Source: Nostoc sp. DedSLP01
GTDB lineage: Bacteria; Cyanobacteriota; Cyanobacteriia; Cyanobacteriales; Nostocaceae
DNA length: 64,000 bases
Reading direction: 5' to 3'
Assembly (NCBI GenBank): GCA_034530875.2
Contig: JAVRCJ020000014.1
Span: 1-64,000 of the forward strand
Positions 19,747 to 30,685 of the stretch are shown one piece after another (position 1 is the first letter of the stretch; each line of letters starts with the position of its first letter). The position numbers and the translations under genes are program-made. The notes under the pieces were generated by a model, which was not told where the DNA came from, searched no databases, and was given only the letters and a program-made list of their open reading frames with translations.

Positions 19747-20896
19747 ACTAGATTTCTTACTGCTTCAAGTTTTTGAACGGTTACGCAAGCAGGGCGTACC
19801 GCTGGGAGTATCAGATTATCTTACAGTGATCGAGGCAATGCAAAGCGGAGTAGGGCTAGAAGATCCTGACAGTTTCAAAGGATTATTTCGCTTACTTTGG
19901 GCAAAGTCGCGGGAAGATCAAGGACTGTTCGATTTGGCTTTTGCAGAGTTAGTAGAACCCGAACTGCAAAATACTACTGTACCTGATGACTTAAATATTC
20001 TTACTCCCACTATTACACATGGCGAAAAGTTTTTTGAAAGTTTACCAGAACGTTTTATTTCTCAATTCCAAACTGCAAAAGATATTTCGCAACTAGGTAA
20101 CAATCTGCCAGAATCTGAGCTAGTTATGAAATCACCACAGCAGTGGAAGAAACTACCTCTAAAGCTTGTAAAAAAGCCATTTGTACTGAATACTAAGCCA
20201 ATAGAAAAACATCATTATTACCAGTTAACAACCCGGTTGCCTATCAGTCGGCGAGAGATGGCAGGAGTCTGGCGACATCTACGCCGTCCTCAACGAGTAG
20301 GTGTCCTTGAAGAGTTAGATGTGGAAGCTACAATTAGCAATCTGTGTAGTTCTGGCTTATTGCTACAACCCGTGTTGAGGCCCCGTCGTCGCAATCAAGC
20401 TCAATTAGTGGTACTAGTAGATCGGCAGGGTTCAATGGCTCCCTTTGCTTCTTTAATTGAAGCAACAATTGAAAGTATCTTGCGAGGCGGTTTACTTGGC
20501 AAAACCAGACTTTACTATTTTCACGATTGCCCAGAAAATCTGCTTTATCAACGCCCTAACTTGACTAATGCTCTACCTTTAGAAACAATATTAAATGAGG
20601 GGGCTAAAGGCAACAGTGTATTGATTATTGGTGATGCAGGCGCAGCCCGCGGCTATTACGATCTCCAGCGAGTAACAGAAACCAAATTATTTCTCCAAAC
20701 CCTTAGTACCTACACTTACCTCTATGCTTGGCTCAACCCCATGCCGAAATCTCGTTGGGTAGCAACAACAGCAGAAGATATTGCCTGTATGATACCGATG
20801 TTTCCTTTAGACCGAGAAGGTTTGAATGATGCAGTAAACATTTTACGAGGGCATCCATTTCCTCCGGGAGTTGGTATCGATGAGCAAAATTATTGA
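19739..20896 (+). CDS. vWA domain protein (CoxE-like partner of MoxR)
   Basis: ELDVEATI, VVLVDRQGSM (MIDAS-like), YYFHDCP, IIGDAGAARG and WLNPMP. Confidence 0.9.
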   Translation: MAKLDFLLLQVFERLRKQGVPLGVSDYLTVIEAMQSGVGLEDPDSFKGLFRLLWAKSREDQGLFDLAFAELVEPELQNTTVPDDLNILTPTITHGEKFFESLPERFISQFQTAKDISQLGNNLPESELVMKSPQQWKKLPLKLVKKPFVLNTKPIEKHHYYQLTTRLPISRREMAGVWRHLRRPQRVGVLEELDVEATISNLCSSGLLLQPVLRPRRRNQAQLVVLVDRQGSMAPFASLIEATIESILRGGLLGKTRLYYFHDCPENLLYQRPNLTNALPLETILNEGAKGNSVLIIGDAGAARGYYDLQRVTETKLFLQTLSTYTYLYAWLNPMPKSRWVATTAEDIACMIPMFPLDREGLNDAVNILRGHPFPPGVGIDEQNY

Positions 20897-21974
20897 AGAG
20901 ATTATTAAAGCTCCCAGTGCGGTTAGAGAACAATGGCTTTCTCCCGATTTAGCAGTACGGGAAATATTGGCATTTGAACGAAGCTTTGGTTCCAAGCATT
21001 TGATACTTGCTTGCCATGCTGCCTTGCCGTTGATTTTAACACCAGAACTCTTGAATTTAATCCACATCAATTTTCTGGATGATAAACAAATTCCTTGGTT
21101 TGCTGAAGTTGATTTTCTGCTCTCGTCTTTATGTCGTCCGATTGATGATGGTGTCTATGAAGTCGAACCATCAATCAGAGAAGTATTGCTTTTAGAATTA
21201 GAAAATAAGTTTGGTTTAGAACGCCCGTTTAGTTTAGCTAATTTTTTACAGTTCTACTTGGATGAAAAATCTGGTTTAAAGCAAAGTTCAGAAGTAACTC
21301 GTACTCAACTGTGGATTGCACAAGCTTATATTGACCCAGATAAAATAATTATTGAACTGACTAAGTTACTGGAGTCAAGTCTATCTCAAAGTAATGATAT
21401 TTTCAGCCTTTCGCAGAAAATACAAGTTACTAGAATGCTGGAAATTTTAACAGATGCGCTTCAGCATACAAATCAGTGGAATGAATATCAATATTTGATC
21501 AGTAACAGCAGAGTTGTGGCAAAGATGCTTTATGGAGATGAGCAAACTTTAAAACGAAAAATTAGGGAAGAACAAGCAAAAGGAAATATAGATAATAGTA
21601 CATTAAAGCTACTCTCACTTTCTATACTCAAAACATTAGAAATTAACCAAAACCCTGATGAATATGAAATAAATGCTTTATTTAAAAAAATTGAAACTAT
21701 ATTTTTAGCAAATCCTGAAAATTGGAATTTAAATACATTATATAAAGACTTATCATCAGCTAAACAAATATTGACTCGTGGCAAAGAAAAGGAATTAACA
21801 CCATTTGAAAAGCAATGTTTACATGTGATGCTTTTCCTTGATAACGAACGTAATTATTATGGATATTTGTCACGGAAGGAAATTAAACAAATAGAGCAAA
21901 TATTAAATAATTCTAATCTCAATCTCTATCGATATATTGAACAAATTACAAAAAAATGGCGAGAAACACATTAA
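20880..21974 (+). CDS. MoxR-vWA system effector, N-terminal part (helical adaptor plus start of an HTH-like domain)
   Basis: LACHAALPLILTPELL..I..NF..PW.AE.DFLLS.LC motif of proteins following cyanobacterial vWA genes; WNLNTLYKDLSSAK..LTP.EK..LYRY domain cut at the A7 run. Confidence 0.75.
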   Translation: MSKIIEEIIKAPSAVREQWLSPDLAVREILAFERSFGSKHLILACHAALPLILTPELLNLIHINFLDDKQIPWFAEVDFLLSSLCRPIDDGVYEVEPSIREVLLLELENKFGLERPFSLANFLQFYLDEKSGLKQSSEVTRTQLWIAQAYIDPDKIIIELTKLLESSLSQSNDIFSLSQKIQVTRMLEILTDALQHTNQWNEYQYLISNSRVVAKMLYGDEQTLKRKIREEQAKGNIDNSTLKLLSLSILKTLEINQNPDEYEINALFKKIETIFLANPENWNLNTLYKDLSSAKQILTRGKEKELTPFEKQCLHVMLFLDNERNYYGYLSRKEIKQIEQILNNSNLNLYRYIEQITKKWRETH

Positions 21975-22459
21975 ATAACTGGAGAGAAGCAACTGAGCTA
22001 CTCAAGAAAGCTGGTTATCAAGAAAAAGGAAGTCATTTTAGTACTTTACGTACTAAAATTACTGATGCTAATTTACTCATAAAGACTCTCCGAGATTTGG
22101 GGATTGCTGTCAAAACTGATGCAGAAGTTCGTGGCTACAATGGTCAAAGGGTTCATGCTGACGTTGTTGCTGTTCTTGAAGGAAATTATGACATAGGTTG
22201 GGTACTAAATTCTGATGGTAGTTTTGATTTAATAGTAGATATATGGGGTATTTCTAATAAGTACGATCAAACTGAACTAATTAACAGTATGAATCAGAGA
22301 TATGCTGTTAATAAAGCTTTGGCAGAGGCTAAAAATAGAGCATTTATAAAACCTAAATGTCCAAGATGTAGCTCAACTCAAATTGTTAAATCTGGATATC
22401 ATAACTATAAGAAAACTTATAAGTGTCAGAGTTGCGGTAATGAATTTTTTGAAGCTTAA
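21956..22459 (+). CDS. DUF1257/Ycf35-like domain plus C-terminal CxxC..CxxC zinc ribbon; probably the -1 frame continuation of 20880..21974
   Basis: SHFSTLRTKITD..LRDLGI.VKT.A.VRGYNGQRV..D.VAVLEG.YD.GW..N.DGSFDLI.D.WG matches Ycf35; CPRCSS..IVKSG..YKCQSCG. Confidence 0.8.
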   Translation: MARNTLNNWREATELLKKAGYQEKGSHFSTLRTKITDANLLIKTLRDLGIAVKTDAEVRGYNGQRVHADVVAVLEGNYDIGWVLNSDGSFDLIVDIWGISNKYDQTELINSMNQRYAVNKALAEAKNRAFIKPKCPRCSSTQIVKSGYHNYKKTYKCQSCGNEFFEA

Positions 22460-22625
22460 TTTTTTACTTAAAACTAAATCAGTTTCAAAAGGATAAAAAA
22501 TGTAATCTTTACTTTCTTACTGTGGTGTAATTAAGTAAAATAGTGTGATTCACTGCTTTGGCTAAGTTTTTATTTTCTCATGTGCAGAATTAATATATTA
22601 CTTAGCTGGGGCCAATTTTTTAGAC

Positions 22626-23393
22626 TTAAAAACCGAAAGCTAAAAATCCACCATCAACAGTGATGCATTGTCCTGTGATGAAAGATGCCACAGGCATACA
22701 AAGAAATGCCACTATACCTGCTACTTCTTCTGGTTGACCGACTCTTCCCATAGGTGTCTGGGACAGAACTAATTTCAAGAAATCTTGGTTATCGAGTACA
22801 GACTCGGTTAGAGGCGTCCGAATAGCCCAAGGTGCAACGGTATTGACTCTAATTTTATCTAAAGCCCATTCAACTGATAGCGATCGCGTTAGTTGATTTA
22901 TAGCCGCTTTTGTCATACCATAGGGCGCGCCTGTACGATTCGAGACTAAACCCGCCACAGAACTAATATTAACAATGCTGCCATTATTGCTGTTTTGTAG
23001 CAGAGGATAAAACAGACGGCACATCTCAAAAATTGATGTCTGGTTTGTCTGGATGATAAATTTATACTCAGTTAGCGTATAGTCTACGAGTTTTTTACTA
23101 ATATTTGTTCCAACATTGTTGACCAGAATATCTAATTTATCCCAGGTTTTGTTAACCTGCTCAAAGATGACTTGACGACCATCAGAAGTTGCAACATCTG
23201 CTGTTATCCCAGATGCAGGTAATCCATCCTGTTGCCAGATACTCACTTGTCGGTCAATCTCTTCAGAATTCCGTGCTACTATTATGACTTCTGCACCGAG
23301 AGATAAAAACTCATTGGCAACAGCTAGTCCAATGCCTTTGGTTGCACCTGTAATCAGTGCTTTCTTTTCTGTCAATGTCCAGCGATTGCTCAT
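22626..23393 (-). CDS. SDR oxidoreductase (tropinone reductase-like)
   Basis: [20 protein letters not shown] and [11 protein letters not shown]. Confidence 0.93.
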   Translation of the reverse strand: MSNRWTLTEKKALITGATKGIGLAVANEFLSLGAEVIIVARNSEEIDRQVSIWQQDGLPASGITADVATSDGRQVIFEQVNKTWDKLDILVNNVGTNISKKLVDYTLTEYKFIIQTNQTSIFEMCRLFYPLLQNSNNGSIVNISSVAGLVSNRTGAPYGMTKAAINQLTRSLSVEWALDKIRVNTVAPWAIRTPLTESVLDNQDFLKLVLSQTPMGRVGQPEEVAGIVAFLCMPVASFITGQCITVDGGFLAFGF

Positions 23394-23468
23394 TTGAATT
23401 CTACTGATTTTTTCTTTTCAAGCTTTGCAGGTGTCCAATGCGATCGCCTTTTGTCATAATCTAGATGA

Positions 23469-24158
23469 TTGCCATCCCTAAACGATTCATCGCATTTGAT
23501 TGTAATTCAAGAGTTGACCCAAACTATTGACAAACTTATGTTTTTTGCAAATTCTCTGGAAAATCAACTCCAGCGCTGGAACGAAACGATTCACAATCAA
23601 CCGCAAAATCCCAATGCTTACATTCGCCGAGGCATGGTAAAGTTTCAACTGACCAAAATTGATGAATCTATTGAAGATTTTGACATGGCAGAACAATTGG
23701 ACGCCCGTATCAAACCCTACCTCTGGCAGCGTGGATTATCGTACTATTATGCACAAAGATTTGCCCAGGGCGCTCAACAGTTTGAAATAGATTTAACGGT
23801 GAATGCTCAAGATGTAGAAGAAACAGTATGGCGATATCTCTGCATAGCTCGTTTGTCAGGTGTTGAAGAGGCACGTAATTCTTTACTAACTGTGAAAAAT
23901 GACCCCCGGCGTGTGATGGGGCGTGTATACGATCTGTATGCAGGAGATTGTACGCCAGATGATGTTTTAAATGTTGGGCGATCGCAAGGGATAAATGGAA
24001 ACTTTTACAGTCATCTTTATTTGGGATTATATTACGAAGCTGAGAATAATCTTGATTTGGCTAAGGAATATATAGTTAAAGCTGCTGATAATTACAAAAT
24101 TGATGATTATATGTGGTATTTGGCGCAAGTACATAAAACACTGAGAAAATGGTCGTGA
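23469..24158 (+). CDS. TPR-repeat protein (NlpI-like)
   Basis: AYIRRGMVKF, YLWQRGLSYYY, D.EETVW and YSHLYLGLYYE; start uncertain. Confidence 0.8.
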   Translation: MPSLNDSSHLIVIQELTQTIDKLMFFANSLENQLQRWNETIHNQPQNPNAYIRRGMVKFQLTKIDESIEDFDMAEQLDARIKPYLWQRGLSYYYAQRFAQGAQQFEIDLTVNAQDVEETVWRYLCIARLSGVEEARNSLLTVKNDPRRVMGRVYDLYAGDCTPDDVLNVGRSQGINGNFYSHLYLGLYYEAENNLDLAKEYIVKAADNYKIDDYMWYLAQVHKTLRKWS

Positions 24159-24314
24159 AAGCGATCGCCTGAACGATCGACAATATTTCCTTTCCCAACT
24201 CAATCAACGCCTAGAGAAGATTGTTGGTAATGGGTGGGTGTTTGAGCGTAGTCAGGTTGTGGGGGGATGAGGGCGATGAGGGGGTGCGATCGCAGCTTGA
24301 GCAATGAAGATAAA

Positions 24315-24675
24315 CTAAGGCAGTGGACGCTGACGTAACTGTGTACGCTCTACAACTGTAAAATTTCCTTCTAATGATATGCTTTTTATACTCAGCAAGC
24401 GTAGCAAGTCTTCAGCAGGTCCCTCTGGTGTAGCCGGAAAATAACGGAATATATACAACACCAACTGGCGATGGCATTCGCAGGCGGTAAATTAACTCAC
24501 CATAATCTCGGTCAAATGTCAGAATGATTCGCCTCTCACGAAGTGCGCGTGTCAAAACTTCAGAATCTTCTGCACCTGCTGCATCTTCACTTCCATAGGC
24601 TACATCGTAACCACCAGAACGCAAATATCTAAGACTCATCACAGGAAAATTTTCATTTGCTAAAAACAGCATCAT
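24315..24675 (-). pseudogene. DUF5615 PIN-like toxin with +1 frameshift near 24450
   Basis: FLANENFP, ILTFDRDYGEL; removing one base after ..GVVY gives FRYFPATPEGPAEDLLRLLSIKSISLEGNFTVVERTQLRQRPLP*. Confidence 0.8.
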
Positions 24676-24917
24676 CTCGTCTTAGACAAAAGCGGTAGGG
24701 TATACAAAGATTCTTCACGCATACACTCTGCTGTAAAAGCAAATACTGCCCTTAGTGCTTCTTTTGTCAAGGTAGGATAGTTTTCTAGCACTTGTTGTTC
24801 TGTCCATCCCGCAGCAAACAAACCCAACAAGAACTCTACAGATAAACGAGTTCCTTTCACAGTCGGCTTACCCAGCAAAATTTTGGGGTCTGAATGAATG
24901 TACTGTTGCCAGTCCAT
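24672..24917 (-). CDS. DUF433 family antitoxin
   Basis: IHSDPKILLGKPTVKGTRLSV..GWT..VLENYPTL. Confidence 0.92.
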   Translation of the reverse strand: MDWQQYIHSDPKILLGKPTVKGTRLSVEFLLGLFAAGWTEQQVLENYPTLTKEALRAVFAFTAECMREESLYTLPLLSKTR

Positions 24918-25009
24918 AATTTTTACTCCGACAAAGTTACAACCATTTTTGCACAGGATGATTTTTGTTTGGTTGCATAAAGAGGAGATGGGATGAAGAT
25001 AAGGGAGAT

Positions 25010-25105
25010 GCGATCTCGCTCATCGCAAGTCACTACTACATCTGGATAAAAAAACTTTTGCCCCGGTTCTACCTGCACCTTCACATCTACAATGTATACT
25101 TCACT
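25010..25105 (-). pseudogene. Internal fragment of a Uma2 (DUF820) endonuclease gene
   Basis: VYIVDVKVQV..FFYPDVVVTCDERDR motif only. Confidence 0.7.
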
Positions 25106-25107
25106 GG

Positions 25108-25209
25108 TCAACTAGGGAATGCTTGTGCTAATTCAGTACGTTGTTCTGCATAGTATTGGACAGCTTCAGCATACTCAGCAAGTGCTTCAGGATGAAATAT
25201 ATACTTCAT
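25108..25209 (-). pseudogene. Truncated RelE/ParE family toxin (33 aa)
   Basis: MKYIFHPEALAEYAEAVQYYAEQRTELAQAF then PS*; ATG overlaps the antitoxin stop. Confidence 0.75.
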
Positions 25210-25436
25210 TACTCAAGCAGCTGCCTTACTTGAGCTAATGCTTCATCCCCCGGAATTCCTTGCAAAGAACTGTTTCGGATCTCGTCACGGCGTCTTTTTG
25301 CCTCATTTTTCCAAGCGGTCTCAATTTTTGGATCGATATCGAATTCTAAACTTTCCACTAGCTTTTCTGCCAAAAACGCTCTTGATGCACTAGGTAGAGA
25401 TAAAAGCTCTTGTGTCAGCTGCTCAATCGATCGCAT
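25209..25436 (-). CDS. Addiction module antitoxin component
   Basis: LSLP..RAFLAEKLVESL..IETAW..EAKRR..I..IPGDE. Confidence 0.85.
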   Translation of the reverse strand: MRSIEQLTQELLSLPSASRAFLAEKLVESLEFDIDPKIETAWKNEAKRRRDEIRNSSLQGIPGDEALAQVRQLLE

Positions 25437-25537
25437 AGCTCCTCTTTAACTGCTGAATGTTGCTCATAGTCTAACAAACAAAGTATTTTAAACCCCACCT
25501 ATAAATCGTGGGGTAATAATTACAAATTAACTCAGCA

Positions 25538-27535
<1,998 letters not shown>

Positions 27536-27783
27536 ACAGTTTTGCTGAAAATACCCTGTCTGATGGTGACGATTTCACGCTCTATCTATTCTAGCTAGGG
27601 AATCAAGCTAATAAATAGCAATAATACTTTACAAAGTTTTACTATTCCGATTTACTTATGTGGAAGTTTTAAAGATTCTTATATATATATAAGGTTTTTT
27701 AAGGTTAAACTTTGATACATAGGAAAAATTCACCTTTCCTTAATTATTGTAAAATTCAATTAATAAACCAGAGGTATTTACTT

Positions 27784-28251
27784 ATGGCTATTAGCAATGG
27801 TGCTAAAGCAGTCAGTCCTCGGCAGAAGTACGCAAAACTGAAAGGGGAAACTACAGTGGAAGTTGAAAATCACCAAGGACAGAATGTGAGTGCAGATAAA
27901 GTCGAGCAACCTAGCGAACAGTCAGCATCAGAAACTCGTGGAACCCTTGCCATTGCTGGAGTTCGTCCCATAGGCAGCAGCGACTTGCAAGTTGCTGAAA
28001 AGCTTACAATTTCTGGAGAGCGTCCCATTAGCACCAGTAGCCTCGAAGTAGTTGAAACCTACAACGCAATGGGTATTCGTCCAATTGGTGCTAATACCTT
28101 CAAAGTTGTTGAAAGTATTAATCTCTCTGGTGTTCGTCCAGTTAGCTCAAGTTCATTAGTAGTAGCCGAAAGCTATTCAGTATTTGGTAACCGTCCAGTA
28201 GCATCGAATGATATAGACGATTCTAATAACCTCATGGGTTTTCTAGATTAA
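27784..28251 (+). CDS. Hypothetical protein with five ~19-aa G.RP(I/V) repeats
   Basis: Repeats visible; GAGG RBS before ATG 27784; terminator follows. Confidence 0.75.
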   Translation: MAISNGAKAVSPRQKYAKLKGETTVEVENHQGQNVSADKVEQPSEQSASETRGTLAIAGVRPIGSSDLQVAEKLTISGERPISTSSLEVVETYNAMGIRPIGANTFKVVESINLSGVRPVSSSSLVVAESYSVFGNRPVASNDIDDSNNLMGFLD

Positions 28252-28279
28252 ACCAAAAAAATATTGCAATAACTTTATT

Positions 28280-28310
28280 TACCCAGTTTCTCTACGAAAC
28301 TGGGTTTTTT
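28280..28310 (+). terminator. Intrinsic terminator
   Basis: ACCCAGTTTC..GAAACTGGGT plus T run. Confidence 0.75.
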
Positions 28311-28622
28311 AGTTTCTATAGCCCTAATATATGTGTATTTGTTCTATGTCTTTTAGCATAGGTAACTAAACTTAAGTTTTATTAAATTACATTTAAATAA
28401 TAGCTACAATGCTTACTACAATTCCTTTTAACAAGTCTGAATTTTGAGTCGCACCTTTGGTGCGCTTCCAGCGCAAGTTGAATTTTGAATTTTCTAATAT
28501 GTCTTGTGGTGGAAGGCTTTAGCAAAAACCTTAAGTTAGGGTGTAAGAGTAATAACAAAGAATTTCAAAGTTTAGTTTACAGCTTTGAAATAATCTTTTC
28601 ATAAAATCATTAGGAGCATCAC

Positions 28623-28805
28623 ATGAGCTTAGAAGATCGTGCTAAAGCTGCTGCTAAAAATGTTGAAGGTAAAGCTCAAGAAGCAGCAGGAGAAGTAACC
28701 GGAGATCCAGAAAATAAGGCTGAAGGTAAAGCTAAACAAGCCGAAAGCGAAGTGCGTCAAGGCATTGAAGACGTCAAAGACAATATCAAGAAAAAAATTG
28801 ACTAA
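28623..28805 (+). CDS. CsbD family stress protein
   Basis: EGKAQEAAGEVTGD...AEGKAKQ; AGGAG RBS. Confidence 0.92.
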   Translation: MSLEDRAKAAAKNVEGKAQEAAGEVTGDPENKAEGKAKQAESEVRQGIEDVKDNIKKKID

Positions 28806-29116
28806 CGTTTCATATTTTTTTGCAGAATCTCTATAAAAATAGCCAGGGTGCATTCTGATTTTTGCAAACAAAGTATGAGATGTTCAACAGCTAAGCTTAA
28901 TTCATTTTGTATCCTCTGAAAAATGGATAGATTAAGGATATAAGCTCGATTGGCAAAACTTATGTAGAGACGTAACTCGCGTCTCTACGCTCATTAAAAG
29001 ATTTTTTGGAATATAGAGATTCATTTGTAAAAAATAAAATCTTTAAAAAATTCATTAGCTCGGAATTTACCAGCTGTTTAGTTTGTTATCCCAGGTGTTT
29101 CTTTAGGAGGAAAATA

Positions 29117-29560
29117 ATGAGCCTAATTCAACAAAGTCGCAAAATATTGACGACTTTCGTTTTAATTGCAGTGCTAGTGATAACTACTGCTTGTAGTGGT
29201 GGTGGTACAGTAGCACAACTAGACCGGACAACAAACCCGGCAGGAATTGGTCGAGATGTAGCTTACGCAGAGTTAGAACGTGGCAATACCCCAGGAGGGC
29301 AAACCTTTGGTAACTGGGTCGTGCAAACATCTCAAGGTTTAATTAAAGACGCTTACGTTCGCGATAACAACAAATTAGGTGTTGTAATTTCTCCTCAAGT
29401 TCGCCCTAATGAAGTGCGATCGTTAGCAAAATCTTTAGTTCAAGGTTTTCGGAAAAATTTCCCAAATCAAGACTTGAAAGTTTTGGTTTACGGCCCTGAT
29501 AAGCAATTAATTTTGACTACTGAATATGACGTTCAAAGTAATCAAGTCAAATATAGTTAA
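29117..29560 (+). CDS. Conserved cyanobacterial lipoprotein
   Basis: AGGAGG RBS, signal peptide with TTAC lipobox. Confidence 0.8.
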   Translation: MSLIQQSRKILTTFVLIAVLVITTACSGGGTVAQLDRTTNPAGIGRDVAYAELERGNTPGGQTFGNWVVQTSQGLIKDAYVRDNNKLGVVISPQVRPNEVRSLAKSLVQGFRKNFPNQDLKVLVYGPDKQLILTTEYDVQSNQVKYS

Positions 29561-29657
29561 TTGCTGAATTTGTAACCAAGACAATCAGAAATTTGTAGAA
29601 ACGCGATGAATTGCGTCTGTATGAGAGTAGGGGAATTGAGCCGTAAAAAAGGAGAGA

Positions 29658-30185
29658 ATGAAAATGACAAGAAGTGAAGAATATAGACGGGAAATAATGA
29701 AAGATTTGGCGAAGGGAGATGTTGAATCTCTAGATGAGCCTACATCGAATTCAACAACTGAATATCAAAGTTTTGATGATTTTGCCCAACGGACAACACC
29801 AGATCAGCGTCGCCAGTTGTTTGGTCGGTCTTTACATCCAGATCGCATTCCTACTAGCCAAATGGAACCAGAATTACAAAAGGCGATCGCCCAAATTAAA
29901 CCCAATGAGCGCGATGATGTAGCCAGGGACTTCTTCAAACATTTAAAGCAAAGAGGACTAGATGAACGACATCTAGAGCAACAATTGGGTCTGTCTACAC
30001 ATCACGCCAGCCGTATGAGTGCTGATGATGTTAGCAAACTCGCATCGTTTGTCTATCACAACCACCCAGATATTTTCCGCGAAGTTTTGGCGGAACAACC
30101 AGCTATTATCAAATTCCTCAGCAATCCTGTAGTCGCAGGTATTCTTGGAATTGCAGCTGCGAAATGGTTAGGTGGTCGCAAATAA
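29658..30185 (+). CDS. Hypothetical protein with C-terminal amphipathic/hydrophobic tail
   Basis: AGGAG RBS; long ORF co-oriented with csbD. Confidence 0.8.
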   Translation: MKMTRSEEYRREIMKDLAKGDVESLDEPTSNSTTEYQSFDDFAQRTTPDQRRQLFGRSLHPDRIPTSQMEPELQKAIAQIKPNERDDVARDFFKHLKQRGLDERHLEQQLGLSTHHASRMSADDVSKLASFVYHNHPDIFREVLAEQPAIIKFLSNPVVAGILGIAAAKWLGGRK

Positions 30186-30342
30186 ATTTTGAGTTCTTAC
30201 TCCCTTTCCGCAGAAAGAATACCTAAATTTTTTAATTTAGACTCGTAGCGCTTGGCCGCCGGTTACCGTAAAGGATACAAAATAAAAAATAGGTAATCTG
30301 ATAGCGCAAGGGGGTAATATGTTGTGTTGCGTAACAAAGTAA

Positions 30343-30367
30343 GGTGGGCTTATGCCCACCTTTTTTT
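30343..30367 (+). terminator. Intrinsic terminator-like hairpin
   Basis: GGTGGGC-TTAT-GCCCACC plus T run. Confidence 0.65.
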
Positions 30368-30685
30368 GCTTAATTTATTTTTCTAAATTCTGTTCTATAT
30401 CCAAAAATTATAGTAATATACTACAGGCATTAATACCAATTCAAAATTAAAAACTCAAAATTAAAAAAGCTAGATATCACAAGGGTTCGATCTGATATAT
30501 TGGGAGCATTTATATAGTAGGATTGTTAGGCCCTTAAATTCATAATCCATAAAAATATATTATAATACCAAATTGTCAAAAATAGTATTGTTTGAATAAT
30601 GGATTAAAGCCTTGGAAGCAAACTGTATCAAGCCTTTTACAGTGCGTATTAATTACGAATTACGAATTACGAATTACAAATTAGT

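Noticed and set aside
22350..22459. IS1-family element suggested by the InsA-like zinc ribbon and nearby A-run
   Set aside because: No DDE/InsB region or terminal inverted repeats; the ribbon is fused to DUF1257 and lies downstream of the A-run
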